Below, piece after piece: positions 19,067 to 30,160 of a stretch of 64,000 nt of DNA. A model generated the notes under the pieces. The model ran no database searches. It was given only the letters and a program-made list of their open reading frames with translations, and was not told the origin of the DNA. The number at the start of each line of letters is the position of its first letter. The stretch's first letter is position 1. Origin of the DNA: an uncultured delta proteobacterium (lineage in GTDB: Bacteria; Desulfobacterota; Desulfomonilia; UBA1062); the NCBI GenBank assembly GCA_963785235.1, contig CAWAUM010000007.1, positions 240,768 to 304,767 on the forward strand, written 5' to 3'. Both the position numbers and the translations under genes were made by a program.

Positions 19067-19867
19067 ATGACAGGGCAAGCGATCCTCCTGACGGAAATCA
19101 GGTCATGCATAGGAACTATAACCTTTAACAGGACCGAGCGGAAGAATGCCCTGTCCCCGGAACTGCTCCTCATGGTCCATAAGACCCTCCAGGAATGGGG
19201 CCTCTCAGGTGAGGTGCGTGTGGTGGTGATCACGGGCTCTCCGGGAAAGGCCTTTTCATCGGGCTATGATATCGCTGCCATCCCCACCGAGATGAACCCT
19301 GATCTGGCCGAACTCATGAAGTCCCACAACCCCCTGGAGCTGGCGCTTAACAGCGTTGAACAGTTCCCGTACCCCACCATTGCCATGATGAACGGGTATG
19401 CCTTCGGCGCCGGGCTCAACCTGGCCATGTGCTGCGACATGAGGATTGCCCAGTCCGATATCAGTGTGGGCATGCCGCCGGCAAAGCTGGGGCTGGTCTA
19501 CCACCCCGAGGGCCTCAGGCAGTTCATCGAGGTGGTGGGCATGGCAAAGACCCGAGAGATCTTTTTCACCGGGAGGACCTATAAAGGTCCCGAGGCACTT
19601 CATATGGGGCTGGTGGACCGGCTTGTCCAGGCAGAAGAGCTTACCGGAATCACCTATGGGCTTGCCGAAGAGATAGCGGGCAATGCCCCGCTGTCGCTCA
19701 AAGGCACCAAGAGAATATTGTCCATGTTTAGGGAGCGTGTAGGGCTCACGGAAAAGCAGAGGGCCGAAGCGGATAAGCTCATCGGCGAGGCGTTTAACTC
19801 TGATGACCTTAAAGAGGGTATGGCAGCCTTCTTCGAGAAGCGCAAACCCCGCTTCTCCGGAAGGTGA
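19067..19867 (+). CDS. Crotonase-superfamily protein lacking both hydratase Glu residues (ScpB-like)
   Basis: KNALS, FSSGYDI, GAGLNL, GMPPAKLGLVY, EGMAAFFEKRKPRF. Confidence 0.85.
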   Translation: MTGQAILLTEIRSCIGTITFNRTERKNALSPELLLMVHKTLQEWGLSGEVRVVVITGSPGKAFSSGYDIAAIPTEMNPDLAELMKSHNPLELALNSVEQFPYPTIAMMNGYAFGAGLNLAMCCDMRIAQSDISVGMPPAKLGLVYHPEGLRQFIEVVGMAKTREIFFTGRTYKGPEALHMGLVDRLVQAEELTGITYGLAEEIAGNAPLSLKGTKRILSMFRERVGLTEKQRAEADKLIGEAFNSDDLKEGMAAFFEKRKPRFSGR

Positions 19868-19914
19868 GGGCACGATTCGACACGATCATCACTGTTTTTA
19901 AGGAGAGGAAGGCC

Positions 19915-21612
19915 ATGGAGAAAGAGATTGCGCAGGGTGAAAAAAAGATAAGGGTTCAAAGCCAGAATGACACAGGTGTTTTCCAATCCAGAGGCAAGGC
20001 TGTGCCGGAAGACATGGCAATAGAAAAGGCGATGCCGAACATGCCGGTAGAGTGGAGCGTGGGCCATATTCCCTATAAGAGGGCCATGGTTTCACCGCAC
20101 AAGACAGCCATTATCTATGAGGATATATCCATAACCTACAAGGAACTCAACGAGGGGATCAACCGGGCTGCCCATCTTCTGGTGAGAAAAGGCATCAGGA
20201 AAGGTGACCGGGTGGCGGTGCTGCTGCTGAACAGCATTGAATTTCTCGAAATATACTTTGCCGCATCAAAGATCGGTGCGATTCTGTTGCCGCTCAACTG
20301 GCGGCTCGTCGGCCCTGAGCTGGAATATCAGCTCAACAACTGCAGCGCGCGCCTGCTTGTATTCCATGACTCCTTCCTGGGCAGCGTTGACCTCATAAGG
20401 ACCAGACTCAAGGTGGAGCAGGACAAGTTCATATTCTTAAAGAGCGGCAGTCCCCTGCCCAGAGGATTCGAGTCCCCCAGATGCCCTGAGTGGGCAGGGG
20501 ATTATCATGAGCTCGTCAAGGACCAGCCGATCATCGAGCCGCATCCGGAACAGCCGGTGGGCATGGATGACCCCCTTGCCATCCTCTATACCTCCGGGGT
20601 CACGGGCAATCCCAAGGGCGCCATAGTTTCGCACATGCAGACATTTTTCAAGAACTTCCAGGTGGGGATCTATATCGATGCCCAGCAGGATGACGTAGTG
20701 ATAGCGCAGATGCCCCTGTTCCACTCGGGCGGCCTGTTCATCGTCGCAACGCCCGCCCTGTGCAGCGGCATGACCATGGTCATGCGCAGGGGATTCGACC
20801 CGAACGAATTCGCCGAAGACATCCAGAGATACAGGGGCACCATCGTCTTTGCACTTACCACCATGTGGCGGCTCATCCTGGACACCGGCAAGCTGGACCA
20901 GATCGATGTCAGTTCGGTGCGGTGCGTGGTTGGCGGCGGCGAGAGGACCCCGGCGAGCCTCATCGAAGAGCTTGCCAAGCGCAATCTCTACATGCAGCAG
21001 GGGTTCGGCCAGACCGAAAACTCGGCCATGATGCTGCTGCCCAGGGAGGCTATCCAGCACAAGATGGGCTCCATCGGCAAGCCGGGGTTCTTTACCGAGA
21101 TCTGGATCGCAGATGCTGGCGGCAGGAGGCTGCCTCCAGGCGAGATCGGCGAGATCTGTGCCAAGGGCCCTACGGTCATGAGCGGATACTGGGACATGTC
21201 TGAGGAGACCGCCAAGACCATCACAAACGGTGGAGTGCTCCACACAGGTGATCTCGGGTACACGGATGAGGAAGGGTACTTCTATATTGTTGACAGGGCA
21301 AAAGACATGTATCGCAGCGGTGGCGAGAATGTCTATCCGGCAGAGGTCGAAAAGATCCTCATGACCCACCCGAAGATATCCATGGCAGCCATCATCGGGG
21401 TGCCTGATGAGCGGTGGGGAGAGGCAGGAATGGCCTTTATCGTCCCGGCACCCAACGAGACCATCACCGACAAGGAGATCATCGATTATCTGAAAGACAA
21501 GGTGGCCAGATACAAGTATCCGGCCAAGTTCAAGTTCATGACTGAGCTGCCCCTTACCGGGACCATGAAGGTGAGGAAGGCAGAGCTCAAGGAAAAATAC
21601 ACGAAGGTCTAG
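19915..21612 (+). CDS. AMP-forming acyl-CoA synthetase (AssK-like)
   Basis: YTSGVTGNPKG, GFGQTE, HTGDLG, DRAKDMYRSGGENVYPAEVE. Confidence 0.92.
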   Translation: MEKEIAQGEKKIRVQSQNDTGVFQSRGKAVPEDMAIEKAMPNMPVEWSVGHIPYKRAMVSPHKTAIIYEDISITYKELNEGINRAAHLLVRKGIRKGDRVAVLLLNSIEFLEIYFAASKIGAILLPLNWRLVGPELEYQLNNCSARLLVFHDSFLGSVDLIRTRLKVEQDKFIFLKSGSPLPRGFESPRCPEWAGDYHELVKDQPIIEPHPEQPVGMDDPLAILYTSGVTGNPKGAIVSHMQTFFKNFQVGIYIDAQQDDVVIAQMPLFHSGGLFIVATPALCSGMTMVMRRGFDPNEFAEDIQRYRGTIVFALTTMWRLILDTGKLDQIDVSSVRCVVGGGERTPASLIEELAKRNLYMQQGFGQTENSAMMLLPREAIQHKMGSIGKPGFFTEIWIADAGGRRLPPGEIGEICAKGPTVMSGYWDMSEETAKTITNGGVLHTGDLGYTDEEGYFYIVDRAKDMYRSGGENVYPAEVEKILMTHPKISMAAIIGVPDERWGEAGMAFIVPAPNETITDKEIIDYLKDKVARYKYPAKFKFMTELPLTGTMKVRKAELKEKYTKV

Positions 21613-21613
21613 T

Positions 21614-22573
21614 ATGGAAAGCCCCTGGAAAAACAGCATTACTGAACTCCTCGGGTGCGATTACCCGATACTCGCAGGACCCATGAGGCTCATTACCCTG
21701 GGCAGGATGGCTGCATGCATATCCAATGCAGGCGGTTTCGGGGTTATTGCCGCATCGGGCCTTACAAGACATGACCTTGTGCGCGAGCTCAAGACCGCAC
21801 GAAAGCTAACGGACAAGCCCATAGGTGTGAACATTCCGGTGTACAGGCCTAATGCGGAAGATGCCCTGGAGGTAGCAATAGATATGGGCGTGAAGACCGT
21901 GTACACCTCGGCAGGGAACCCGGCCAAGCTCATGGACAAAATCAAGAATGCCCATCTGAAGGTGATCCACAAGGTATCTTCGGTGGATATGGCCCGCAAA
22001 GCCGAGGCAGAAGGTGTTGATGCCGTTGTGGCTATGGGGTTCGAGGCAGGCGGGCATATCGGCAGGGAGGGCATCACAACCTTCTGTCTCATACCTGTCC
22101 TTGTCCGAGCATTGAAAATACCTGTGATAGCATCCGGCGGCATCGGCGATGCGGCAGGCCTGCTCGCGGCTCTGGCCCTGGGTGCCCAGGGTGTGGAGAT
22201 AGGCACCAGGCTTGTTGCGACAAGTGAATGCCCTGTGCCGGAATTTTTTAAAGATGCCCTGTGCCAGGCCCCTTCGAACGCCACCGTGGTGCTCGGCAAG
22301 GAGGCCATGCCCCTTCGTGTACTGAAAAACATCATCACGTCACATGTCGCAGGACTGAGCGATACTGAGGCGGACAGGGCCATCGCTGCAAAGGGAGATG
22401 TCCATTACGTTGCTGACCACGGCAATAAGGACACTGCAGTGATGCCGTGCGGTCAGGTGGTCGGCCTGGTTAACGAGGTGCTATCTGTGCAGGACCTGCT
22501 TTTCAATATGGTGAGCGGTGCACGGTCCATCATGGAGTCCCTTGACATGATGACATCCGGAGAAAGGCAATGA
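21614..22573 (+). CDS. Nitronate monooxygenase/FabK-like FMN enoyl reductase
   Basis: NAGGFGVI, GFEAGGHIG, PVIASGGIGD, GVEIGTR. Confidence 0.88.
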   Translation: MESPWKNSITELLGCDYPILAGPMRLITLGRMAACISNAGGFGVIAASGLTRHDLVRELKTARKLTDKPIGVNIPVYRPNAEDALEVAIDMGVKTVYTSAGNPAKLMDKIKNAHLKVIHKVSSVDMARKAEAEGVDAVVAMGFEAGGHIGREGITTFCLIPVLVRALKIPVIASGGIGDAAGLLAALALGAQGVEIGTRLVATSECPVPEFFKDALCQAPSNATVVLGKEAMPLRVLKNIITSHVAGLSDTEADRAIAAKGDVHYVADHGNKDTAVMPCGQVVGLVNEVLSVQDLLFNMVSGARSIMESLDMMTSGERQ

Positions 22574-23361
22574 GCTGGGAAAATGTACTTCTCCATGTGA
22601 AAGGACACGTGGCCGTTATCACCCTGAACCGGCCCGAGCGCATGAATGCCTTTGGCGGAAGGATGCGACAGGAGATCGTCGAAGTTCTAGATCAAGTTGC
22701 CGGGGACAGCGAAATACGAGCCGTGGTGATTACCGGGGCAGGCAGGGCATTCTGCACAGGCGGGGATGTGGATGAATTCGCATCGGGCGATGTGCAGGCC
22801 ATTTCAAAGGTGGTGAGCAGCGAGCGTCATGCCATGTGCAAGGCAGTGCTTGCCATCAACAGCATGGAAAAACCCGTCATAGCGTCGGTGAACGGCATTG
22901 CTGCGGGCGGCGGCTGCAACTTGGCACTGGCCTGCGATATGAGGATCGCCAGCGATAAGGCCCGGTTCAGCCAGATCTTCACCAAAAGGGGGGTACATCC
23001 GGACTGGGGAGGGATCTACTTCCTGCCTCGCCTGGTGGGTTATGCCAAGGCATGCGAGCTCATTTTCACTGCAGAGATCATCGATGCAGCCGAGGCATTG
23101 CGCATCGGGCTCGTCAACAAGGTAGTGCCGCACGATGATCTTGCAAATGCAGCGGAGGAACTTGCAGGACGTATGGCAAAAAACGCCCCCATACCGAATG
23201 CCTTTGCCAAGCGGGGACTTCAGAACTTCCAGCGCTGGGATCTCCCCCAGGCCCTGGATTACGAGGCCTACGTGCTGGAGGTAACCATGAAGAGCGAGGA
23301 TATTATTGAGGGATTCACCGCATTCCTTGAAAAACGTGAGCCGTGCTTCAAAGGAAGGTGA
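22570..23361 (+). CDS. Enoyl-CoA hydratase/isomerase (PaaG-like)
   Basis: LNRPERMNA, FCTGGDV, GGGCNLALACD, GVHPDWGG. Confidence 0.88.
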   Translation: MSWENVLLHVKGHVAVITLNRPERMNAFGGRMRQEIVEVLDQVAGDSEIRAVVITGAGRAFCTGGDVDEFASGDVQAISKVVSSERHAMCKAVLAINSMEKPVIASVNGIAAGGGCNLALACDMRIASDKARFSQIFTKRGVHPDWGGIYFLPRLVGYAKACELIFTAEIIDAAEALRIGLVNKVVPHDDLANAAEELAGRMAKNAPIPNAFAKRGLQNFQRWDLPQALDYEAYVLEVTMKSEDIIEGFTAFLEKREPCFKGR

Positions 23362-23535
23362 TTGCTCACGATGAAGACGAAGGCGGTGTAGACATATAAA
23401 GCCCTTTCTGGGACTGGTAGCCGGTTGGCTCGCAAGTCAAGTTCCTTTCAGCCAGACCCATGGAGATATGAAAAGGCAGACTTAGGTGAGGTGCTAATCT
23501 CCACATGCAGTCAGGACCGGAAAAGGAGAATTTAC

Positions 23536-24579
23536 ATGAGAAAAAAGATATCATTTCTTGGTGCAGGAAACGTTGGTGCTACCGCTGCCATGCGTCTGGC
23601 AGAACTTGACCTGGCCGATATAGTTCTCATCGATGTTCAGGAAGGCATGCCGAAAGGCAAGGCCTTGGACATGGCAGAGGCTTCGCCGCTGGAAAAACAT
23701 AACAGTAGGATCACGGGATATACGAATGACCTCCGTAAGACGCAGGGTTCGGATATCATCGTTATCTCGGCAGGTGTTCCCAGAAAGCCGGGCATGAGCA
23801 GGGACGATCTGCTCACCACCAACCGTGACATTGTCAGATCGCTGGTGGAGGAGGTTGCCCCCATGTCGAGGGATGCCATTCTGGTCATGATCACCAACCC
23901 GCTTGACGCCATGTGCCATGTGGCCCTTGAGGCGAGTGGGTTTCCCAGAAACAGGGTTGTGGGCATGGCAGGGGTATTGGATTCGTCCAGGTTCGCAACC
24001 TTCATTGCCCTGGAGTTGAACGTATCGGTGGAAAACGTATGCGCCTTCGTGCTTGGCGGCCACGGAGATACCATGGTTCCGCTGCCACGCTATACCTGCG
24101 TGGCAGGCATCCCGGTTACCGAGCTTCTGAGTAGGGATAAGCTTGATGCGATCATGGAGCGGACCCGGAACAGCGGCTCCGAGATCGTGAGTCTCCTCAA
24201 GGTGGGGAGCGCCTACTACGCCCCTGCCTGCGCCATCAAGGAGATGGTGGAGGCTATCTTGAAGGACAAGAAGAAGATCATGCCCTGTTCAGCCTATCTT
24301 GAGGGTGAATACGGTATCGTTGGCCTGTTTGTGGGCGTTCCGGTGAAGCTCGGGGCTGATGGGATCGAGGAGATCATCGAGGTGAAGCTCACAAGCGAGG
24401 AGCAGGATGCCCTCTCCAGATCGGCCGATTCCGTGAGGAAGCTGGTGGATGTTCTTAAAGGATTTGAAGAGAAGGCTGCTAAGAAGCAGATGACACTCAA
24501 GCTCAAGTCAAGGCTACAGCCCAAGGTGAAGCCCGGCCTTCGTGAAGAGCTCGAACAGGGTGCGGCATTGCCCAAGTGA
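23536..24579 (+). CDS. mdh: Malate dehydrogenase (LDH-like) with C-terminal extension
   Basis: [38 protein letters not shown]; RBS AAGGAG. Confidence 0.93.
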   Translation: MRKKISFLGAGNVGATAAMRLAELDLADIVLIDVQEGMPKGKALDMAEASPLEKHNSRITGYTNDLRKTQGSDIIVISAGVPRKPGMSRDDLLTTNRDIVRSLVEEVAPMSRDAILVMITNPLDAMCHVALEASGFPRNRVVGMAGVLDSSRFATFIALELNVSVENVCAFVLGGHGDTMVPLPRYTCVAGIPVTELLSRDKLDAIMERTRNSGSEIVSLLKVGSAYYAPACAIKEMVEAILKDKKKIMPCSAYLEGEYGIVGLFVGVPVKLGADGIEEIIEVKLTSEEQDALSRSADSVRKLVDVLKGFEEKAAKKQMTLKLKSRLQPKVKPGLREELEQGAALPK

Positions 24580-24631
24580 GGTTACATCACGGGGAAGATA
24601 TCAGGAGTGATTATGAAAGGGGGTATGTCCC

Positions 24632-26645
24632 ATGAAGAGCATTTGTCACGGCGCCTTGGCGGCCGGTCTCCTCGGCGGCCCGTCCGTAAAGGTGATTAAC
24701 CCGGTCAAGGTCCAGGACATTACGCTCAGGGACGGCCATCAGTCAATCTTCGCTACCCGTGGCAGGACTTTGGACTTCATCCCCATTGCCGAGCTCATGG
24801 ACCAGGCAGGCTTCCATTCCATGGAGGTCTGGGGGGGGGCGACCTTCGACACCATGCACCGCTTCTTGGGAGAAGATCCATGGGAGCGCATCAGGACACT
24901 CAAGAAGTACATCGCCAAGACACCGCTTTCCATGCTCCTGCGGGGTCAGAACCTCGTGGGGTACCGGAACTACCCGGATGATGTGGCAAGGGCCTTTGTC
25001 GAAAGGGCCTGCGTCAACGGAATAGACATCTTCCGGGTGTTCGATGCCCTGAATGATTTTCGCAACTTCGAAACCGTTGTTCAGGTGATCAAAGACCATG
25101 GCAGACACTTCCAGGGCGCCATCTGCTACTCGTTGACCGAATCCCGCATGGGCGGAGCAGTCTATAATCTGGAGTATTACGTGAACAAGGCAAAAGAGCT
25201 TCAGGCAATGGGGGCAGACACCATCTGCATAAAGGACATGGCCGGCATCATGGCGCCCTACGATGCCTATGCCCTCATCAAGTCTCTCAAAGACAGCTTA
25301 AGTGTTCCCATTCACCTCCACAGCCACTTTACCTCGGGCATGGCGGACATGACGCTCTTGAAGGCCATAGAGGCAGGCGTCGATATCGTGGACACCTGTC
25401 TTTCCCCCTGGGCCTACCGCACCTCGCACCCGGCCAGCGAGCCTCTTGTGGCCACCCTGAAATATACGAGCCGGGACACGGGCCTTGACCTGAAACTCCT
25501 TGCCCGGTGCAGCGACTATCTGGAGAAGATATCGCCCAAGTACAAACATCTCCTGGACGACCGCACATCCATCATCGATATCAACGTTCTGCTGCACCAG
25601 ACCCCGGGAGGAATGATCTCGAACCTCGTGAACCAGCTCAAGGAGATGGAGGCTGTCGACCGTCTGGACGAGGTCTTCAGCCAGCTCCCCATTGTCCGCA
25701 GGGAACTGGGGCAGGTGCCGCTGGTGACCCCTACAAGCCAGATCGTGGGGATACAGACCGTGAACAACGTCCTGTTCGATAGCGGGAGCGAGCGCTACAC
25801 CATGATGACGGAGCAGGTAAAGGACCTCTGTTACGGACTCTACGGCAGGACCGCTTCCCCCATCGACCCCGAAGTGCAGAAAAAGGCCCTTAAGAATTAC
25901 CCAAGGGGTGAAAAACCCATAACCACAAGGCCGGCCGATGTACTGGATCCGGAGCTCGACAAGGCAAAGACCGAAACAGATGGGCTCGCCAGGGACATGG
26001 ATGACATACTCGTCTATGCGCTGTACCCCACAACCGGGAAACGATTCCTGCGCTGGAAGTACGGCCTCGAGGAGGTGCCTGTGGAGGTGAAGGCCCGGGA
26101 CGCTGGACGAGGTGAAGACCCAAGAAGGGTTGTTGAAAAAGACCGGAGAAGGCCTGCTTGTGGAGAAGCCCGGGAAGCCGGTTCATGAGAAGGGTCCGGA
26201 TGCCCGCACCTTCAGGATTCACCTCAATGGTGATTGCTTTGATGTGGATGTGGAGCAGGTAGGGGGCGAACCTCTGTTCACCCGGGCCTCTGCCGTCCCT
26301 GGACAGAAGACGACCCTCCAACTCGGCCGTCAGCCCGGGAAGACGGTATTGATGACGAGGTCTTTTAAGAAGAATACAGGCATTTTCCCGGAAAAGGCCG
26401 ATCCGGCGGCCCTGCAGCAAGAAATCCTTCAGGAGACCCCGGTCCTCACACCCATGCCCGGCATGGTGGTGAGTTATAAGGTGTGCGAGGGCGACCAGGT
26501 GGTCCAGGGCGAGGTGGTGGTCATCCTGGAGGCAATGAAGATGGAGAACTTCATAACGAGCCCTGTGGCCGGAACCGTGCGCAAGATCACCTTCACGGAA
26601 GGGGCGTCTGCAAAAAAGGGCGATGTGCTTGCATTGATCGCATGA
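24632..26645 (+). CDS. Pyruvate/oxaloacetate carboxyltransferase (transcarboxylase 5S-like) fused to a biotin carrier (frameshift near 26100)
   Basis: TLRDGHQS, MEVWGGATFD, IKDMAG, HSHFTSG, VTPTSQIVG; downstream frame TPMPG..EAMKME. Confidence 0.88.
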
Positions 26646-26679
26646 TGAACCGGTAAGGCCGAATAAGGGGGTAGCCCGG

Positions 26680-28247
26680 ATGGATGAGAAGTATGAGCAG
26701 CGGATAGCAGGCCTGAGGCAGGTCAAAAAAACCGCACAGTTGGGCGGGGGCGATACGAAAATTGCTAAACAGCATGAGGACGGAAAGCTTACGGCACGTG
26801 AGCGTATCGAGTGCCTGCTCGACGATGGCAGCTTTGTGGAGCACAATCTCATCACAGGTCACCTGGAGGGGATACCTGCAGACGGGCTCATCGCAGGACA
26901 CGGCAAGATTCATGGCAGGGCCGTGTGCGTCTACTCCCAGGACCCCACGGTAAAAGGGGGCTCCATAGGCGGGATGCACGGCTTCAAGATGTACCGCACC
27001 ATCGAATGGGCTCTGGAGATGGGAGTGCCCTTTATCGGCATCCACGAGTCGCCGGGCGCCCGGATACCGGATGCGACTGCCAGGAGTGTCTTCGGCGAGG
27101 CCATGGAAAAACACGGTGGGGCGATCTTTTACCCCAACACCCAGGCCTCGGGCATCATACCCCAGGTCTCGGCCATCATGGGAAGTTGTGCGGGCATCTC
27201 GGTGTATTCGCCTGCGCTTACCGATTTCATCTTCATGGTGGACAAGAAGAGCCACATGTTCATCACCGGGCCTTCCGTCGTGGAGGTCGTTACCGGTGAG
27301 AAGCTCTCCAAGGAGAACCTGGGCGGAGCGGAAGTGCACTGCAAGGTGTCGGGCGTTGCCGACAAAAGGTTCAAAGGCGAGCACGAACTCCTGGAGAACA
27401 TCCGGGAACTCATGACCTACCTGCCGCAGAACGCCGACGAACAGCCGCCCATAATCGACCTTGGCGATGACCCGGAACGATCGACCGATGCGCTGGCCGA
27501 CATGGTGCCGTCGGATGCAACAAAGGCCTATGATGTGCGCAGCTGCCATTTCGTGCATCGTGGATGCAGGGGCATTCTTCGAGATCAAGCCCGAGTTCGC
27601 ACCCGAGATGGTGGTGGGACTCGCGCGTCTTGATGGCAGGGTGGTGGGGATCGTGGCAAATCAGCCAAGTTTTCTTGCCGGAAGCCTTACCGTGGACAGC
27701 TCGGACAAGCAGACGCGATTCATGCGCTTCTGCGACTGTTTCAATATCCCTATCATACTCCTGGTCGATACATCTGCGTATATGCCGGGAAAAGACCAGG
27801 AACATCTGGGCATCATACGCCACGGAGCCAAGGTGCTCTATGCCCTGTGCGAGTCAAGCGTGCCGAGGATAGGCCTGGTCATGCGCAAGGCCTACGGGGG
27901 AGGCAATCTTGGCATGGGCGTGATCCCGGCCCAGGCCGGCACGGACATGCTTTTTTACTGGCCCATAACAGAGCTTGGCATCATGGGTGCGAAGGCATCG
28001 GTGGAGCTCTTTTTCGGCAGAGTTCATCCGGAGTTCCCCGACCCCTGAAAAGGTTCGTGAAGATCTCATCAGGGAATATGAGGAGCGCTATGCCAACCCC
28101 CTGCGCGAGGCATCCTACAACCCCTTTATCAACGATGTCATCGAACCCAAGGACACCAGGAAGGTGCTTATCAGATCCCTGGAATTCCTCTCCACCAAGA
28201 AAAGGCCGCTACGGCATGCCAAACGCCACGGGAATATGCCCATGTGA
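26680..28247 (+). CDS. Acyl-CoA carboxyltransferase (PccB/transcarboxylase 12S-like), frameshifts near 27540 and 28020
   Basis: GKLTARERI, MFITGP, LGGAEVH, GIVANQP, RKAYGG, DVIEPKDTR, KRHGNMP spread over three frames. Confidence 0.88.
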
Positions 28248-28297
28248 GGGAGCCGAAGGGGGCACGTGCAGGGGTCTGTCATGAAGGTCTGAGAGAT

Positions 28298-29224
28298 ATG
28301 AAGGGTCTCGTTCTTGCTGAGCAATTCTTTCACGCCCATGGCCTGCCCATGATCCTTCGGGATTTTCCCCTCCATGCAGGGCGAATGGCATGCGGGCTCG
28401 TGGGCGACGGCTCCGAATGCTTTGGGTTTGATGACGAGATCTCCCGCGACCATGACTGGGGACCCGGTTTCTGCATCTGGCTGACTCGAGAGGATTACGA
28501 TGACATCGGAGAAGACCTGAAGCAGAGGTATGAACAGCTCCCTAAAACCTTTTCAGGCTTCGGCCCCAGGAAACTGAGCCAGTGGGGTAATGACAGGGTT
28601 GGTGTATTCGAGATCCACGCGTTTTATTGTCGGTTCACAGGCTACAGTAACATTCCTCAAAATGATAAAGAATGGATCATGGTTCCGGAGTCGGCACTTG
28701 CGGCAGCAACCAACGGCAAGGTTTTTAATGATCCTCTCGGGGAGTTTACTTTGATCCGCAACCGGCTTCTGCACTTCTACCCGGACGATGTCAGGCTCAA
28801 GAAGATGGCTGCGCGATGCATGACCATCGCCCAGTCGGGCCAGTATAACCTTGGACGCTGCCTTAAGAGGGGGGATCAATTCGCTGCCCGGTATGCAGAG
28901 ACTAAATTCTGTGCCGATGTCATCTCTCTGATTTTTCTCCTCAACAGGCAATACACGCCCTTTTACAAGTGGATGAACCCGGCGCTTTCTGCATTGCCAC
29001 GGCTGGGCCGGGAGATCCATGAAAGCATATGCTTATTGATACAGGCCTTGGACTACCGGTTAAAGCTTAAAATAGTAGAGGAGGTATGTTCACTTATCAT
29101 TGCTGAGTGTAAAGCTGAAGGCCTTACGAACTCTTCAAGCAGTTTCCTGCTGGATCACGGCCCGATCATTCAGGGCAAAATAAAGAATAAGGGGCTTCGG
29201 GAGCGAAATGTCTGGATCGGATGA
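28298..29224 (+). CDS. DUF4037-type protein (nucleotidyltransferase-like N-terminus)
   Basis: GLVGDGSECFGFDDEISRDHDWGPGF, ATNGKVF.DPLGEFT, QSGQYN, PFYKW. Confidence 0.75.
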   Translation: MKGLVLAEQFFHAHGLPMILRDFPLHAGRMACGLVGDGSECFGFDDEISRDHDWGPGFCIWLTREDYDDIGEDLKQRYEQLPKTFSGFGPRKLSQWGNDRVGVFEIHAFYCRFTGYSNIPQNDKEWIMVPESALAAATNGKVFNDPLGEFTLIRNRLLHFYPDDVRLKKMAARCMTIAQSGQYNLGRCLKRGDQFAARYAETKFCADVISLIFLLNRQYTPFYKWMNPALSALPRLGREIHESICLLIQALDYRLKLKIVEEVCSLIIAECKAEGLTNSSSSFLLDHGPIIQGKIKNKGLRERNVWIG

Positions 29225-29239
29225 GGAGAGAAGCAGCCA

Positions 29240-30160
29240 GTGAAAAACGTGCTTGTCATCGGTGGAAGCTATTTTGTGGGGAGGGTTTTCGTAGAGGAAC
29301 TCTCAAAGGTTCCGGGATACGTGATGTATGTCATGAACAGGGGGAATGTCCCGCTTGGGATTGAAGGCATAACCGAGATCAGATGTGACCGGCATGACAC
29401 TGAAGCCATGTGCGAGGCCATACCAGGGGTCATGTGGAGCGCTGTAGTGGACTTCTGTGCCTATACGCCTGAAGACATCGCCATGATGATTTCCGTCCTT
29501 CCTTCCCATGCAATAGGTCATTATGTCTATATCAGCACGGCGTCCGTTTATGAGAGGACCCGGGAACTTCCTGTAAAAGAAAATGCTGCGAAAGTGAGCG
29601 GTCCGCAGCCAGGCCCCCATGGTGATTATGCCTACAATAAGTACCTCGCCGAAGAGGAGCTTAAACACCAATGCCGGGAAGACAACATCCCCTGGACCAT
29701 CTTCAGGCCGGCATTCATATACGGGAAATACAACTACGCACCGCGGGAGGGCTATTTTTTCGATCTCCTGGAAGGAGACAAGACCATTATCCTGCCGGAC
29801 AATGAGCTTGCACTCTTCACGTTTGTTGCCGTGTGGGATGTGGCCCGTGCAATCATCGGATGCATCGGGAACCAGGAGGCCTATGCAAAGGCATATAATC
29901 TCTGCTCAGAAGACCTTGTATCCTACCAAAGGCTCATGGAGGTGCTTAGAATCGTCACAGACAAACCCATTGGCACTGAGACCATGAGTATTGAGAGGAT
30001 CGAAGCTCAAGGAATTCCCCTGCCGTTTCCCATTGATGAACATCTGGTCTATTCCGGAACACGTATCACGAAGGATATGGGGTTCTCTTATATGCCGTTC
30101 CTTGAGGGAATGATGGCAACCTATGCATGGTACTCACAGATAAGAGGTGAAAAGATATGA
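29240..30160 (+). CDS. NAD-dependent epimerase/dehydratase family protein
   Basis: VLVIGGSYFVG, YISTASVY, YAYNK, RPAFIYG. Confidence 0.85.
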   Translation: MKNVLVIGGSYFVGRVFVEELSKVPGYVMYVMNRGNVPLGIEGITEIRCDRHDTEAMCEAIPGVMWSAVVDFCAYTPEDIAMMISVLPSHAIGHYVYISTASVYERTRELPVKENAAKVSGPQPGPHGDYAYNKYLAEEELKHQCREDNIPWTIFRPAFIYGKYNYAPREGYFFDLLEGDKTIILPDNELALFTFVAVWDVARAIIGCIGNQEAYAKAYNLCSEDLVSYQRLMEVLRIVTDKPIGTETMSIERIEAQGIPLPFPIDEHLVYSGTRITKDMGFSYMPFLEGMMATYAWYSQIRGEKI

